Part shown: positions 34,158 through 44,398 of the stretch, one piece after another | How the letters are laid out: every line of letters starts with the position of its first letter | How positions within the stretch are numbered: the first letter of the stretch is position 1 | Origin: an uncultured Gemmatimonadaceae bacterium | GTDB lineage: Bacteria > Gemmatimonadota > Gemmatimonadetes > Gemmatimonadales > Gemmatimonadaceae | Direction of reading: 5' to 3' | DNA: 64,000 bases | Assembly: GCA_963716745.1 (NCBI GenBank) | Contig: OY970320.1 | Location: 2,368,001-2,432,000 of the forward strand | Notes under the pieces: generated by a model | The model's input: only the letters and a program-made list of their open reading frames with translations | Database searches by the model: none | What the model was told of the DNA's origin: nothing | Position numbers and translations under genes: made by a program

Positions 34158-35348
34158 TTAGAGTTTGATGATGATGTTCCTGCGATACAAGATCGTGAGC
34201 AGTCCCATGAAGAGCATCACCCAGCAGATCGCGAAGGCGAGACTCGCATCCTTGGGCTCGAGCCAGGTCGCGAAGGCGCCGTTGTAGATCGCGGTCTCGA
34301 GGGGGACGAGGCCGGCGCTCGTGGGGACTTTGATCAAGGTATAGAGCAAACGCCCGAGGAATCCGCTCGCGACGAAGGCGAAGAGCGGGTTCGTGCCGTA
34401 GATGATCCACGGCTTGGTCCACCACGTGATCTTGTGCACGTCGATGAGCCACATGCACGCCGCGATCGAAACGGCGGCCATGCCCGCGGTGAAGATCACG
34501 TAGCTGCTCGTCCAGATGTTCTTCGCGATGGGAAAACTCCAGTGCCACATGAGTCCCGTCATCATGCCGAGCGCGCCGGCGGTGAACATCGCGTTGAGCT
34601 TCTCGGCGATCGGACGGTCGCTCGCGATCCATCGCCCGGTGAGATCGCCGAGGATCACGGTGCCGATCGCGGGCACGGTGCTCAGGAGACCCTCGGGATC
34701 CCACGTGTGCGACCCCACCCACATGTGATCGGTGGTGAGGATCGTGCGGTCGAGCCACGCGGCAAGGGAGCCGTCGGGCACGCCGAGCATGAGCGCGCCG
34801 ATGCCATGGCCGGGGACGGGAATGAGCGTCATCGCGAACCAATAGCCGAAGAGCAACGTGGCGAGGATCACGACCTGTTGCTTGACCGTGGTGCGCAGGG
34901 TGAGCAGCGCGCCGAAGGTGTAGCAGAGCGCGATGCGCTGGAGGACGCCGGTGAGACGCCAATGCGCGACGTCGAGATGCGGCGTGCGCGAATCGAACAC
35001 CCAGCCGCCGGGTAGGGTGAGGTAGAACTGGTGATAGGGGAAGCCGGTCATCAGGAGGCCGACCAGCAGGATAAGGCCGCCGCGCCGGAGGATCTGTTTC
35101 ACCAGCGCGCGATCGCTGGCGCCGCGCGCGCGCCTGGCGTCGAACGAGAGGTGGGTGGTGATGCCGACGATGAAAAGGAAGAAGGGGAAGATGAGATCGG
35201 TCGGAGTCCAGCCGAACCATTCTGCGTGCTCGAGCGGAGGATAGATCGCGGTCCATGTGCCGGGATCGTTCACGAGGAGCATGCCGGCGACGGTGAGGCC
35301 GCGGAAGACATCGAGTGCTGCGAGGCGCGGTTTTGGTTCGGTGGTCAT
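34158..35348 (-). CDS. HGSNAT/NagX-like transmembrane acyltransferase family protein
   Basis: RLAALDVFRG, HAEWFG, DLIFPFFLFIVG, GVLQRI, DPEGLLS and KNIWTSSY motifs. Confidence 0.9.
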   Translation of the reverse strand: MTTEPKPRLAALDVFRGLTVAGMLLVNDPGTWTAIYPPLEHAEWFGWTPTDLIFPFFLFIVGITTHLSFDARRARGASDRALVKQILRRGGLILLVGLLMTGFPYHQFYLTLPGGWVFDSRTPHLDVAHWRLTGVLQRIALCYTFGALLTLRTTVKQQVVILATLLFGYWFAMTLIPVPGHGIGALMLGVPDGSLAAWLDRTILTTDHMWVGSHTWDPEGLLSTVPAIGTVILGDLTGRWIASDRPIAEKLNAMFTAGALGMMTGLMWHWSFPIAKNIWTSSYVIFTAGMAAVSIAACMWLIDVHKITWWTKPWIIYGTNPLFAFVASGFLGRLLYTLIKVPTSAGLVPLETAIYNGAFATWLEPKDASLAFAICWVMLFMGLLTILYRRNIIIKL

Positions 35349-35362
35349 GGACTAACATCTAG

Positions 35363-35637
35363 TGTTAACTGCACGGCATCACCAGGGTGCTTACGGTTGC
35401 AGTCAACAGTAAACAGTCACGAGTGACTGCCAGTCTACAGTCAACAGTCAACAGGTCACAGAAATCTGCTGATCGTACTGGCAGGGGTCTCGGTCTCGAT
35501 TCGGCACCGGTGAATCAAGGCGTGCGTGGAGCGGTTTTCTGTGACCTGTTGACTGTCGACTGTCGACTGGCGGGTACTCGTGACTGTTTTCTGTTCACTG
35601 CGCGCCGAAGTGCCCTGGTGATGCTGTGCAGTTAACA
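35363..35637. repeat. Long palindromic element, family G (about 105-bp arms, CAGTCAA heptamers)
   Basis: tgttaactgcacggcatcaccaggg...caacaggtcacagaaa and its inverted copy tttctgtgacctgttg...ccctggtgatgctgtgcagttaaca. Confidence 0.95.
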
Positions 35638-35704
35638 GGACCCCTAGGCAGACCCGCGAGTAGATGACATGATAGTAGCAAATCCACCCCTCGGAGCCCG
35701 AACC

Positions 35705-36196
35705 ATGGCCGGCAATAATGGCATCATGAAAGAAGGCATCATCGCCGGCTTCATCGGCGCGATGACCGTGGCCGTCTGGTTCCTCATCGTCGATATCATC
35801 GCCGCCCATCCTTTCTACACTCCCAACATCCTCGGCGCCGGCCTCGCCAGTATCCTGGGCGGTGCGGCGCTGCCGGGGATATTCTGGAACGTCGCGGTCT
35901 ATACGGTGTTCCACTTCGCGGCCTTCATGGCGGCGGGCGTTCTGCTTGCGTGGATCTTCCATCGGGCCGAGACGGAGCCTAGCGTGCTCGTGATCTTCGT
36001 GCTGCTCTTCATCATCTTCGAACTCGGATCGGTGGGTCTCATCGCGCTGCTCGCCGAGGCCGGAATGCGATCGCTCGCGTGGTATCAGATCGCCGCGGGG
36101 AACGTGCTCGCGTCGGTCGCGATGGGTTGGTATCTGTGGAAAGCGCACCCGGCGCTGCGGTCGGAACTGGAGAACGCGATCGAGGGAGGAGGATAA
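35705..36196 (+). CDS. Hypothetical 4-TM membrane protein
   Basis: Hydrophobic helices; TAATG overlap with the next gene. Confidence 0.75.
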   Translation: MAGNNGIMKEGIIAGFIGAMTVAVWFLIVDIIAAHPFYTPNILGAGLASILGGAALPGIFWNVAVYTVFHFAAFMAAGVLLAWIFHRAETEPSVLVIFVLLFIIFELGSVGLIALLAEAGMRSLAWYQIAAGNVLASVAMGWYLWKAHPALRSELENAIEGGG

Positions 36197-36834
36197 TGGT
36201 GCGTGTGCATCGGACATCGGGCATCGGCATGACTGCACTCGTGTTCACGGCGAGTCTCGCGTTGCACGCACAGGCCGCTGATACATCCCGGCCGTCGGAT
36301 CTGCGAAAAGGGCCGTATGGCAGCATCGGGCCCGCCTACGCTTCGGCGCCCACGAAGGCGACGGTGAACGGGTCGTCGATCTCGGACACGCAGACCGGCA
36401 TCAGCGTCTACCTGGGGGCGGGTGTCGCACTCAACCCGCACTTCCGGCTGGGCGGCGAATGGGATCATCTGTTCGTGACCGATCTGTTCAGCGCCGAGGT
36501 CGGCAACGGGCAGAACGGGGGCATCGATTTCCTGTCGGCGGCCATCACGTACTATCCGAGTCTCACCAACGAGTTCTGGGTCAAGGGGAATCTCGGGTGG
36601 AGTAAGCTCCAAGTGACGGGCTCCTTTACCGGCGCATCCTCTGAGTCGGGCTTCGCCGGCGGGATCGGGGTGGGCTATGACTTCCGGCTCGGTCACTCGA
36701 ATTACGTGCTCGTCCCGTTCGCGAACTATTTCGCCCAATTCTCGGCGTCGGGGCTCAACGGGTACCTGCAGAACCAGGGCGACGGCAAAGTCTCCATGTT
36801 CCAGGTCGGCGTCGGCTTCGGCTACCACCACTGA
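36196..36834 (+). CDS. Outer-membrane beta-barrel protein (8-stranded, OmpA-TM-like)
   Basis: Signal peptide AHAQA-type, amphipathic strands, terminal VGVGFGY. Confidence 0.75.
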   Translation: MVRVHRTSGIGMTALVFTASLALHAQAADTSRPSDLRKGPYGSIGPAYASAPTKATVNGSSISDTQTGISVYLGAGVALNPHFRLGGEWDHLFVTDLFSAEVGNGQNGGIDFLSAAITYYPSLTNEFWVKGNLGWSKLQVTGSFTGASSESGFAGGIGVGYDFRLGHSNYVLVPFANYFAQFSASGLNGYLQNQGDGKVSMFQVGVGFGYHH

Positions 36835-36850
36835 GCCGGCGCCGCGCGCG

Positions 36851-37291
36851 CTACGGCGGTCCGATGCGCAGGTGCAGCGTCGCAATGTAGACCTCGCGCA
36901 GGAAGCAGAGGAGCGCACTGAAGAGCGCGACCATGCTCAGGATGAAGAGCACGCTCACGACGTTCGCGACGCCGGCCGACAGCGACGAGCCGATGAAGAG
37001 CGTCGCGACGAGCGCGCAGATGCAGAGCGCGCAGAGCGTGTCGAGGCTGATCGCCCAGTTGATGAGCCGCGCCCGCGCGGAGAGATGCCGCAGCTCCGCG
37101 TGCAATTCGGGCGCCGAGCCGCCCGGCGCCGCGCGTTCCCGGTCTTCCAGTTTCCGCGCGCGATCGATGATCCGCGAGAGCCGGTTCGTGAGCACGCCCA
37201 GTAGCGCCGCGACGCCCGAGAGGAGAAAGACGGGAGCGACCGCGAGCTGGATGACGTGAGCGATCTCGTTGATCGGCGCCGATGTCTGCAT
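36851..37291 (-). CDS. DUF2721 family membrane protein
   Basis: IQLAVAPVFLL, NRLSRIIDRAR and FLREV motifs. Confidence 0.85.
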   Translation of the reverse strand: MQTSAPINEIAHVIQLAVAPVFLLSGVAALLGVLTNRLSRIIDRARKLEDRERAAPGGSAPELHAELRHLSARARLINWAISLDTLCALCICALVATLFIGSSLSAGVANVVSVLFILSMVALFSALLCFLREVYIATLHLRIGPP

Positions 37292-37293
37292 GG

Positions 37294-38094
37294 TCAGTCT
37301 CCTCCTTCCGACGATGCCCACTGGAAGAAGCGCACGCTCGCGAACGCGAAGAAGATCATCCCGCCTGGGATCCACATCAACAGTCCGCCGTAGCGCTGGT
37401 CCTCGATCGGCGTGATCCCCCAGATCCGCGGCGCGCTCGCGTACGCGGGGTAGAGCGAGCTGTCGGCGTAGGTGAGCACGATGGCGAGCACCGACATGGG
37501 GAGCGCCATCGTGACCGCGTACAACATCTGCTGAGGATACGACAGACGCGGCAGCTCGGGCATCGTGCTCATGAGCGGCCACCACATGATCGTCGCGGAG
37601 ACGAGGAAGCAGAGATGCTGCACGATGTGCACCGGATGTTCCGCCATCGCGAGGTTGTAGAGCGGCGGCAGGTGCCACACGACCAGCGTGATGTTGAATA
37701 TCGCGAACGCCGCCACGGGCCGCGTGACCCAGCGGGCCAGCGCGAACACGCGCGGATGCTCAATGGCAGGACGGAGCATCCAGCCCGGCGTGCCGGCGAT
37801 GAGCAGGGGCGGCACGAGCATGGTAAGCACCAGATGCTGCGCCATGTGCACCGTGAACAGGTACCCGTCGCTCAGGTCGTGGAACGGGCCGTTGAGCGTG
37901 AAGAAGAGGACGGCCAGTCCGCTCGTGAACTCGGCGCGCTGCGCGGCGGTGGGGCCGCCGGCCGGTCCCTCGCGCGCGCGCCACACATAGAGCGCCGCGA
38001 GCGCCGCGATGCCGATGACGGTCGACGGGTGGATGCTGAAGCCCAGCCCGAGCGACGTGAGCGGATGGAGCGCCAGCAGTGTCGCGAACATCAC
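37294..38094 (-). CDS. ctaG: caa3-type cytochrome c oxidase assembly factor (Caa3_CtaG family)
   Basis: LFTVHMAQHL, WHLP, DQRYGGLLMW motifs; operon context. Confidence 0.88.
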   Translation of the reverse strand: MMFATLLALHPLTSLGLGFSIHPSTVIGIAALAALYVWRAREGPAGGPTAAQRAEFTSGLAVLFFTLNGPFHDLSDGYLFTVHMAQHLVLTMLVPPLLIAGTPGWMLRPAIEHPRVFALARWVTRPVAAFAIFNITLVVWHLPPLYNLAMAEHPVHIVQHLCFLVSATIMWWPLMSTMPELPRLSYPQQMLYAVTMALPMSVLAIVLTYADSSLYPAYASAPRIWGITPIEDQRYGGLLMWIPGGMIFFAFASVRFFQWASSEGGD

Positions 38095-38447
38095 GCCTCC
38101 CGCGGGCGCAGGGGCCGACTCACCCCACGTGGATCGACGAGATGCCCGAAGAGGAAGAGCAGGGCGATCATGATCAGCATCGCCACCGTGAGCGGGCCGA
38201 CGAAGAGCGCGCGGAAGAGCGGCTTATCGTACTTGAGGTGCATGTAGAACGCGACGACGATCGCGAATTTGACCGCGCCCAGGATCAGAATGGTGGGCAC
38301 GAAATATCGGGTCGCGACGAACGCCGGGATGTAGTAGACCCACACCTCGAACACGGTGATCACGAACAGGATGAGCGCGACCCACTTGTACGTCTCCCAC
38401 CCGATGTGGGTCTGATCGTGCGAGTCGACCTTGGATTCGTCGTGCAT
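38091..38447 (-). CDS. ctaF: Cytochrome c oxidase subunit IV
   Basis: KFAIVVAFYMHLKYD motif, 3 TM helices. Confidence 0.88.
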   Translation of the reverse strand: MHDESKVDSHDQTHIGWETYKWVALILFVITVFEVWVYYIPAFVATRYFVPTILILGAVKFAIVVAFYMHLKYDKPLFRALFVGPLTVAMLIMIALLFLFGHLVDPRGVSRPLRPREA

Positions 38448-38456
38448 CGGAAGCCT

Positions 38457-39098
38457 CTACTTGATCAGGTAGACGAGCGCGAAGATCACGACCCAGACCA
38501 CGTCCACGAAGTGCCAATACAGCGCGCAGATGTCGACGTTGATCGCATCGCGCGGCCCGAGCCCGCGCTTGATGTCGATGAAGAGCATGGTGACGAGCCA
38601 GAGTACGCCCGCCGCGACGTGCGCGCCGTGGAAGCCGGTGAGCACGAAGAAGGTCGAGCCGAACAGGTTCGTCGTGATCGTGAGACCTTCGTGCACGAAC
38701 GATGTGAACTCGTACGCCTGGCAGCCGAGGAAGATCGCGCCGGCGATCGCGGTGGCGAGCAGCCAGATCTTGGAATACTTCCGGTCGCCGCGCACCACCG
38801 CCGAGTGCGCCAGCACCATGAACAGCGACGACATGAGCAGCACGAACGTACTTGCCGACGTGACCGGGATGTTCAGGATCGGCTTCATCACCAGCCCGGT
38901 GGCGGGATTGGTCCACGCCTCGTGCGGGAACGGGCCGACCACCGAGCGTCCCTTGTAGATGAGATAGGTGGAGATCAGCGACGCGAAGAAGAAGCACTCC
39001 GAGCCGATGAACGCCCAGATCGCGATCTTGTTGCTGTTGAGCCCGGTGCTGGTGTAGTGCCCCCCAGCGTGGGCGTCGGCAGTTGCGGCGTTGGCCAC
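38457..39098 (-). CDS. ctaE: Cytochrome c oxidase subunit III
   Basis: FIGSE, TGFHGAHV and YWHFVDVVW motifs. Confidence 0.95.
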   Translation of the reverse strand: MANAATADAHAGGHYTSTGLNSNKIAIWAFIGSECFFFASLISTYLIYKGRSVVGPFPHEAWTNPATGLVMKPILNIPVTSASTFVLLMSSLFMVLAHSAVVRGDRKYSKIWLLATAIAGAIFLGCQAYEFTSFVHEGLTITTNLFGSTFFVLTGFHGAHVAAGVLWLVTMLFIDIKRGLGPRDAINVDICALYWHFVDVVWVVIFALVYLIK

Positions 39099-39110
39099 GA
39101 GTGTCTCTCT

Positions 39111-40982
39111 CTAGTGGTGTTCGGGTTCCAGCGGCGTGAGCAGCCAGTTGTACAATGAGCCGACGAAGATCATCCCGCCGAGCAGGATCAAGATCATGTT
39201 CTTGTGCCAGATCACGCCGGTGAACGCGACACCGAGTCCCATGGCCGCGATGAGCGGCTTGATGGTGGCCGTGGGCATCGGGATGTGCAGCTCGGCGGCG
39301 GTCTTGATCGCTTGCGGCACCGACGGCGCCGGATACGTCTCCGGTCCCGGGCCCGGGTCGCCGTGCCATGCCGGTGTGCGCGACGTGACGTTCGGCAGCG
39401 TGGCGAAATTATAGTCGGGCGGCGGCGAAGGAATGGTCCACTCGAGCGTGGCGCCGCCCCACGGATCGTTGCCCGCGATCTTGCCGCGTTTCATGCTGCT
39501 GAACCAGTTGTAGACGAAGAGCAGCACGCCGAACGCGATGATGTACGCGCCGATGGTCGCCATCTTGTTCTGCTCGTCCCAGCCCTGGTTCGCGTCGTAC
39601 GTCCACGTGCGGCGCGGCATGCCGTTCAGCCCCAGGAAGTGCATCGGGAAGAACGTGAGGTTCATGCCGATGAACGTCACCCAGAATTGGATGTTGCCGA
39701 GCTTCTCGCTCATGATGCGGCCGGTCATCTTCGGGTAGTAGAAATACATTCCCGCGAAGAGCCCCATCATCGACCCGCCGAAGAGCACGTAGTGGAAGTG
39801 CGCCACGATGAAATAGCTGTCGGTCTGCTGCAGGTCGCTCGGCGGCGATGAGTGCATGACGCCCGAGATGCCGCCGATCGTGAAGAGCGCCACGAGCGCG
39901 ATGCCGAACTTCATGGCGGTGGTGAAGCGCAGCGTGCCGCCCCAGAGAGTGCCCAGCCAGTTGAAGATCTTCACGCCCGTCGGGATGCCGATGAGCATGG
40001 TCATCACCGAGAACATCGAATCGGCCACCGGGCCCATGCCCACCGCGAACATGTGGTGCGCCCACACGCCGAAGCCGAGGAAGGCGATGAGCATGCCCGA
40101 GTACACCATCACGGAGTAGCCGAAGATCGGCTTGCGTGAGAACACGGGCAGCACCTCGGAAACGAGGCCGAACGCGGGCAGGATGAGGATGTACACCTCG
40201 GGGTGCCCGAACAGCCAGAACAAATGCTGCCAGAGGAGCGGATCGGCGCCGTTCGCGATCGTGTAGAAATTCGTGCCAAAGAAGCGGTCGAACATCAGGA
40301 AGGTGACCGCGACGGTGATGATCGGGAACGACAGCACGATCAGGAACTGCGTGACGAAGCTCATCCACGTGAAGATCGGCATGCGCATGAAGGACATGCC
40401 GGGGGCGCGCAGATTGATGATCGTGGTGATGAAATTGAATCCGGCCGCGAGCGACGAGAGGCCGAGGATCTGCAAGCCGAGCACCCAGAAGTCGATGTTG
40501 AGCCCCGGGTTGTACGCCTTGGTGGTGAGCGGCGCGTAGCCGAACCAGCCGGCGTCGGGCGCGGCGTGCAGCAGCCACGACACGTTCATGAACACGCCGC
40601 CGAGCAGGAACACCCAGTAGCTGAACGCGTTCAGGCGCGGGAAGGCGACATCGCGCGCGCCGATCTGCAGCGGGATCAGGAAATTGAAGAACGCCGCCGA
40701 GAAGGGCATGATCACCAGGAACACCATGGTGGTGCCATGCATGGTGAACAGCTGGTTGTACGTGTCGGCGGTGACGAGGCGGCCGTTCGGGCCCCAGAGC
40801 TGCGTGCGGATCATCAAGGCTTCGATGCCGCCGATGATGAACCACATGAGCGACGTGTAGAGATAGAGCTTGCCGATCCGCTTGTGGTCGGTGGTCGCGA
40901 GCCAGCTCCAGACGCCGGAGTCGTAGCGCGACTTCTCTTGCGGGTGTCCGGTGGTCGCGGGGGGCGTGAGGGTCGTTGCCAT
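39111..40982 (-). CDS. ctaD: Cytochrome c oxidase subunit I (A1 type)
   Basis: DHKRIG, FTMHG, GHPEVY, WAHH, HFHY and GMPRR motifs. Confidence 0.98.
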   Translation of the reverse strand: MATTLTPPATTGHPQEKSRYDSGVWSWLATTDHKRIGKLYLYTSLMWFIIGGIEALMIRTQLWGPNGRLVTADTYNQLFTMHGTTMVFLVIMPFSAAFFNFLIPLQIGARDVAFPRLNAFSYWVFLLGGVFMNVSWLLHAAPDAGWFGYAPLTTKAYNPGLNIDFWVLGLQILGLSSLAAGFNFITTIINLRAPGMSFMRMPIFTWMSFVTQFLIVLSFPIITVAVTFLMFDRFFGTNFYTIANGADPLLWQHLFWLFGHPEVYILILPAFGLVSEVLPVFSRKPIFGYSVMVYSGMLIAFLGFGVWAHHMFAVGMGPVADSMFSVMTMLIGIPTGVKIFNWLGTLWGGTLRFTTAMKFGIALVALFTIGGISGVMHSSPPSDLQQTDSYFIVAHFHYVLFGGSMMGLFAGMYFYYPKMTGRIMSEKLGNIQFWVTFIGMNLTFFPMHFLGLNGMPRRTWTYDANQGWDEQNKMATIGAYIIAFGVLLFVYNWFSSMKRGKIAGNDPWGGATLEWTIPSPPPDYNFATLPNVTSRTPAWHGDPGPGPETYPAPSVPQAIKTAAELHIPMPTATIKPLIAAMGLGVAFTGVIWHKNMILILLGGMIFVGSLYNWLLTPLEPEHH

Positions 40983-40994
40983 CTGCGTCTCCGG

Positions 40995-42203
40995 TTACTT
41001 CAGGGCCGACAGATACGCCGCGAGATCGGCGATCTGCTGATCGGTGAGTCCGCCCGCGGGCATGAAGCCGGCGCCGAGCGCCATCATCTGCGACCCGGGC
41101 TTCATCATGGGCGCGTCCTTGATCCAGGCCATGAGATGCGCGGGATCGTTCGGATACAGGCCGGCGCCAATGGAGGTGCGGCTGCCGACGTGCGTGAGGT
41201 TGGGGCCGATGATGCCGGCCGAGACGCCCTGCACGGTGTGGCACGCGATGCACGGAGCGGTCTTGAAGAACGCGGCGCCACGCGCGGCGTCGCCGTTCAT
41301 GGGATCGGCGAGCTCATGCGGCGTGGGCGTCGCGGGAACGACCCACACGGGAAGCTTGTCCTTGGGCCAGGTGCCGGTGGTCGTCATCGCGACCGGCATG
41401 GGCGCGGGCGCCGGCGCGGCGGCGGGCGCGCCCTTCGCGGGCTTGGGCGGCGGCGTCGTATCCATCGGCGCAGGGAACACCGGTCCCGTCTGCTCGTGCG
41501 CGGCCCACTCGGCGAACTGTTCCGCACTCACCGCGAACGCCTTGAAGCGCATGTTCGCGTGCGACGTGCCGCAGAACTCGGCGCAGAATCCGTTGTAGGC
41601 GCCGATCGAGTCGGGGGTGAACCAGAGGTGATTCGTGTGATTCGAGATGAGGTCGCGCTTGCCGTTCAGCTGCGGGATCCAGAACGAATGGAGCACGTCG
41701 TTCGTGCGCAGGGAGAAGGTGACGGGGCGGCCCACCGGCAGATACAGTTCGTTCGCGGTGACGATCTTGTACTCGGGATAGCGGAATTCCCACCACCACT
41801 GATGGCCGATCACTTCCACCTCGAGCGCGCCGGCGGGCGCCGCCGCCTGCGTCACGAAGATCATGCGGACCGTGGGCACCGCGATGAACGCGAGGATCAC
41901 CGCGGGGATGAAGGTCCACGTGATCTCGAGCTTGGTGTTGCCGTGCGACTGGACGGCCTTCGTGTTGCCGGGCCGCATGCGGAAGCGGAAGATCGCGAAG
42001 ACGAGCGCGCCTTCGACGAGGATGAAGACCCCGAGGCCGGCGTACACCATGCCCATGGTGAGGTCATCGACATTGTGCCCGAACTGTGAATGGGCGCCCC
42101 AGATCGTGTTGGGCAGGTGCGTGTCGCACGCGGCGACTGCCAGAACCAGTAAGGCGGCGAGCGCGGCGAAACCGGATCTGCGCGCGCGGGGGTGACCTGT
42201 CAT
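40995..42203 (-). CDS. ctaC: Cytochrome c oxidase subunit II with fused cytochrome c (caa3 type)
   Basis: Lipobox VAAC, CuA ligands HSF..CAEFCGTSHANM, C-terminal CIACH. Confidence 0.96.
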   Translation of the reverse strand: MTGHPRARRSGFAALAALLVLAVAACDTHLPNTIWGAHSQFGHNVDDLTMGMVYAGLGVFILVEGALVFAIFRFRMRPGNTKAVQSHGNTKLEITWTFIPAVILAFIAVPTVRMIFVTQAAAPAGALEVEVIGHQWWWEFRYPEYKIVTANELYLPVGRPVTFSLRTNDVLHSFWIPQLNGKRDLISNHTNHLWFTPDSIGAYNGFCAEFCGTSHANMRFKAFAVSAEQFAEWAAHEQTGPVFPAPMDTTPPPKPAKGAPAAAPAPAPMPVAMTTTGTWPKDKLPVWVVPATPTPHELADPMNGDAARGAAFFKTAPCIACHTVQGVSAGIIGPNLTHVGSRTSIGAGLYPNDPAHLMAWIKDAPMMKPGSQMMALGAGFMPAGGLTDQQIADLAAYLSALK

Positions 42204-42347
42204 CCCGGATCCTTGCTGAGCGTGAGGGGACGCCGCACCGAGGGCGCCCAGAGGCGTGAGACGCAGCGAAACTACGCCGCGACCGCGGTCAAATCAATAG
42301 AGTGGAGGGGCGTCACGCCAGAGGGGGCGCACTGCCCAGTACTGCGC

Positions 42348-43412
42348 TCAGTCGACTCTGGTGAGCCGCGGATTGGGCCGATACTCGCGGCCGCGCTTCG
42401 ACTGCGGCTTGCCCGCGACGCGCACGATGTCGGCGGTGAAATCGAATCGCCCGCCGAAGAGCGACGAGCCCACGCCGTACGAATCCACGGGCACGCCGGC
42501 CTCCTCGAACGCGCGGATCTTCTCCACGGTGAAGCCGCCCGACACGACGATCTTCACGTGACCGAACCCTTCGGCGTCGAGCGCGCGCCGCACGTTCCAT
42601 ACGAGCTGCGGATTCACACCGGTTGGGCGGAAGGTGCCCATCTGCCGCACGATCGATTCGTCCACGATGTTCTCGCTCGTATCGAGGCGCACGCCCCAAA
42701 GCTTGGCGCCGAGCGCGCGCGCGCAGGCGAGGCTGGTATGCACGCAGTCGTTGTCGTAGTCGACGAGCGTGATGATCTGGATCGCGGGATCGGTGTAGCG
42801 CGCGAACTTCTCGGTGGCGAGCACCGTGTTCCCATCGTACGCGGCGATGAGGGCGTGCGGCACGGTGCCGGTGCCGGACGAGCCCCACCAGCTCGCCTGC
42901 GCGTCGGTGGAGACACCGATCGCGCCGGCGATGTGCGCGGCGTAGCCGTCGCCCGTTTGCACGAGCCAGTGATCGTGCCGCGCCGGGAAGAACATCACCG
43001 TCTTGGGGCGCGCGGCATTCACGACGAGCCGCGTGTTGGTGCCGACGCGGGTGCGGCGCGCGAGCACACCCAGATAGAGCGTCTCGAGATGCGCGAAGGC
43101 GGCGTACGGCCCCTCGATCGTCATCACGGTCTCCCAGGGCGCGATCTCATCGCCATCGAACAGCGCGTGCACCTCGAGCGCGCGCCAATCGTCGCTGCAC
43201 AACTTGAGGATGGCGATCGCCTCGTCCATGCCGCCGAGGAAGCCGGGGGCCTTTCCGAACACCTGCATCATGACGCGCGGCGCGTGGTGGTCGGCGATGA
43301 GGATCTCGCGGGCGCGTACGAAATACTTGTCGGAGTAGTAGCCCTCCCGCATGCGCTCCACGGGAAGGTTGAACACCGACGGGTCGAGCCGCGGGCGGTT
43401 TCGGGGCGACAT
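42348..43412 (-). CDS. Nicotinate phosphoribosyltransferase family protein (PncB-like)
   Basis: YSDKYF, GTVPHAL, GVRLDTS, IVVSGG and YGVGS motifs. Confidence 0.82.
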   Translation of the reverse strand: MSPRNRPRLDPSVFNLPVERMREGYYSDKYFVRAREILIADHHAPRVMMQVFGKAPGFLGGMDEAIAILKLCSDDWRALEVHALFDGDEIAPWETVMTIEGPYAAFAHLETLYLGVLARRTRVGTNTRLVVNAARPKTVMFFPARHDHWLVQTGDGYAAHIAGAIGVSTDAQASWWGSSGTGTVPHALIAAYDGNTVLATEKFARYTDPAIQIITLVDYDNDCVHTSLACARALGAKLWGVRLDTSENIVDESIVRQMGTFRPTGVNPQLVWNVRRALDAEGFGHVKIVVSGGFTVEKIRAFEEAGVPVDSYGVGSSLFGGRFDFTADIVRVAGKPQSKRGREYRPNPRLTRVD

Positions 43413-43513
43413 GATCGGGTAGGGTAGCCCCGCGTTCGGCACTCGGCAAGCGCACGTGGTGGCCTTTCGTACACTGGCGGGGAGACACTCGTGCGGGGCA
43501 TCCTTAGCGTCCG

Positions 43514-44398
43514 ATGTCGATGCTCACGGCCAATCTCATCTGTATTGCGCTCGTCGCGCTCGATCTCGCGGCGCGGGCGTGGCGCATCCAGTTCATCCTG
43601 TGGGGCACGCAACACCGGATCTCGTTCTACGATTCGGTGGTGTTGAACTGCGTGGGCGACGTGGCCGCGGCGGCGACGCCGAACCGCATTGGCGGCGAGC
43701 CCGCGCGACTCGGCGGCATGGTGCTCTCGGGCGTGCCGGTGGCGGCGGGTGTAGTGGCGATCGCGATCGAGACCATCGTGATGTGGCCGGTGAATCTCCT
43801 GATCGCGGGGACGCTCGCGGTGCTCTATGCGCCGGAATGGTGGCACACGGCGGGTCCCGCCCTCGAGGATACCGCGGACGATGCGTGGCCGTGGCTCATC
43901 GTGATGGTGATCGCCGGCGTCCTCGCGTGGTGGGCGTTGCGCCGCTACGCGCCGGCGCTATCGCACTCCATGCGGCGCGGCACCAAGCGGGCGTCGGTGT
44001 ACGTGCGGCGCATGCCGATCTGGCCGCTCATCACGTGCGCGGTGATGTCGGGCGTGTCCGTGATGGCGCGCATCGCGATCCTACCCGTGCTGGCGCTCAC
44101 GCTGCCGCATCCGCCGCCGATGGGGCCGCTGTTCTTCGCGTCGTTCGCGCTGATCTACGCGCAGCTGCTGCTGCCGACGCCGTCGGGCGCGGGCGCGGTG
44201 GAGCTCGGATTCCTCGGCGGCGCGGTGGGGAATCTCGGCACCGGATACAAGACGCTGCTGCTCTTCTGGCGATTCTACACGACGGTGCTGCTCGTGATCC
44301 TGGGCATCGCGCTCGGACTCAAGCGGTATGGACGCAAGGCGATCGAGGCGATCGTGCGCGGCCGCGCGGGCGATCCTGAAACGACGGTGGGGCTATGA
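43514..44398 (+). CDS. Lysylphosphatidylglycerol synthase TM / flippase-like domain protein
   Basis: TPNRIGGEPAR, PTPSGAGAVE and LFWRFYT motifs. Confidence 0.85.
   Translation: MSMLTANLICIALVALDLAARAWRIQFILWGTQHRISFYDSVVLNCVGDVAAAATPNRIGGEPARLGGMVLSGVPVAAGVVAIAIETIVMWPVNLLIAGTLAVLYAPEWWHTAGPALEDTADDAWPWLIVMVIAGVLAWWALRRYAPALSHSMRRGTKRASVYVRRMPIWPLITCAVMSGVSVMARIAILPVLALTLPHPPPMGPLFFASFALIYAQLLLPTPSGAGAVELGFLGGAVGNLGTGYKTLLLFWRFYTTVLLVILGIALGLKRYGRKAIEAIVRGRAGDPETTVGL

Noticed and set aside
39409..42089. Long alternative-frame and antisense ORFs over the oxidase operon (and similar ones over leuS, the MCP and flotillin)
   Set aside because: Arg/Ala/Gly-rich shadow ORFs expected in high-GC coding DNA; no motifs.
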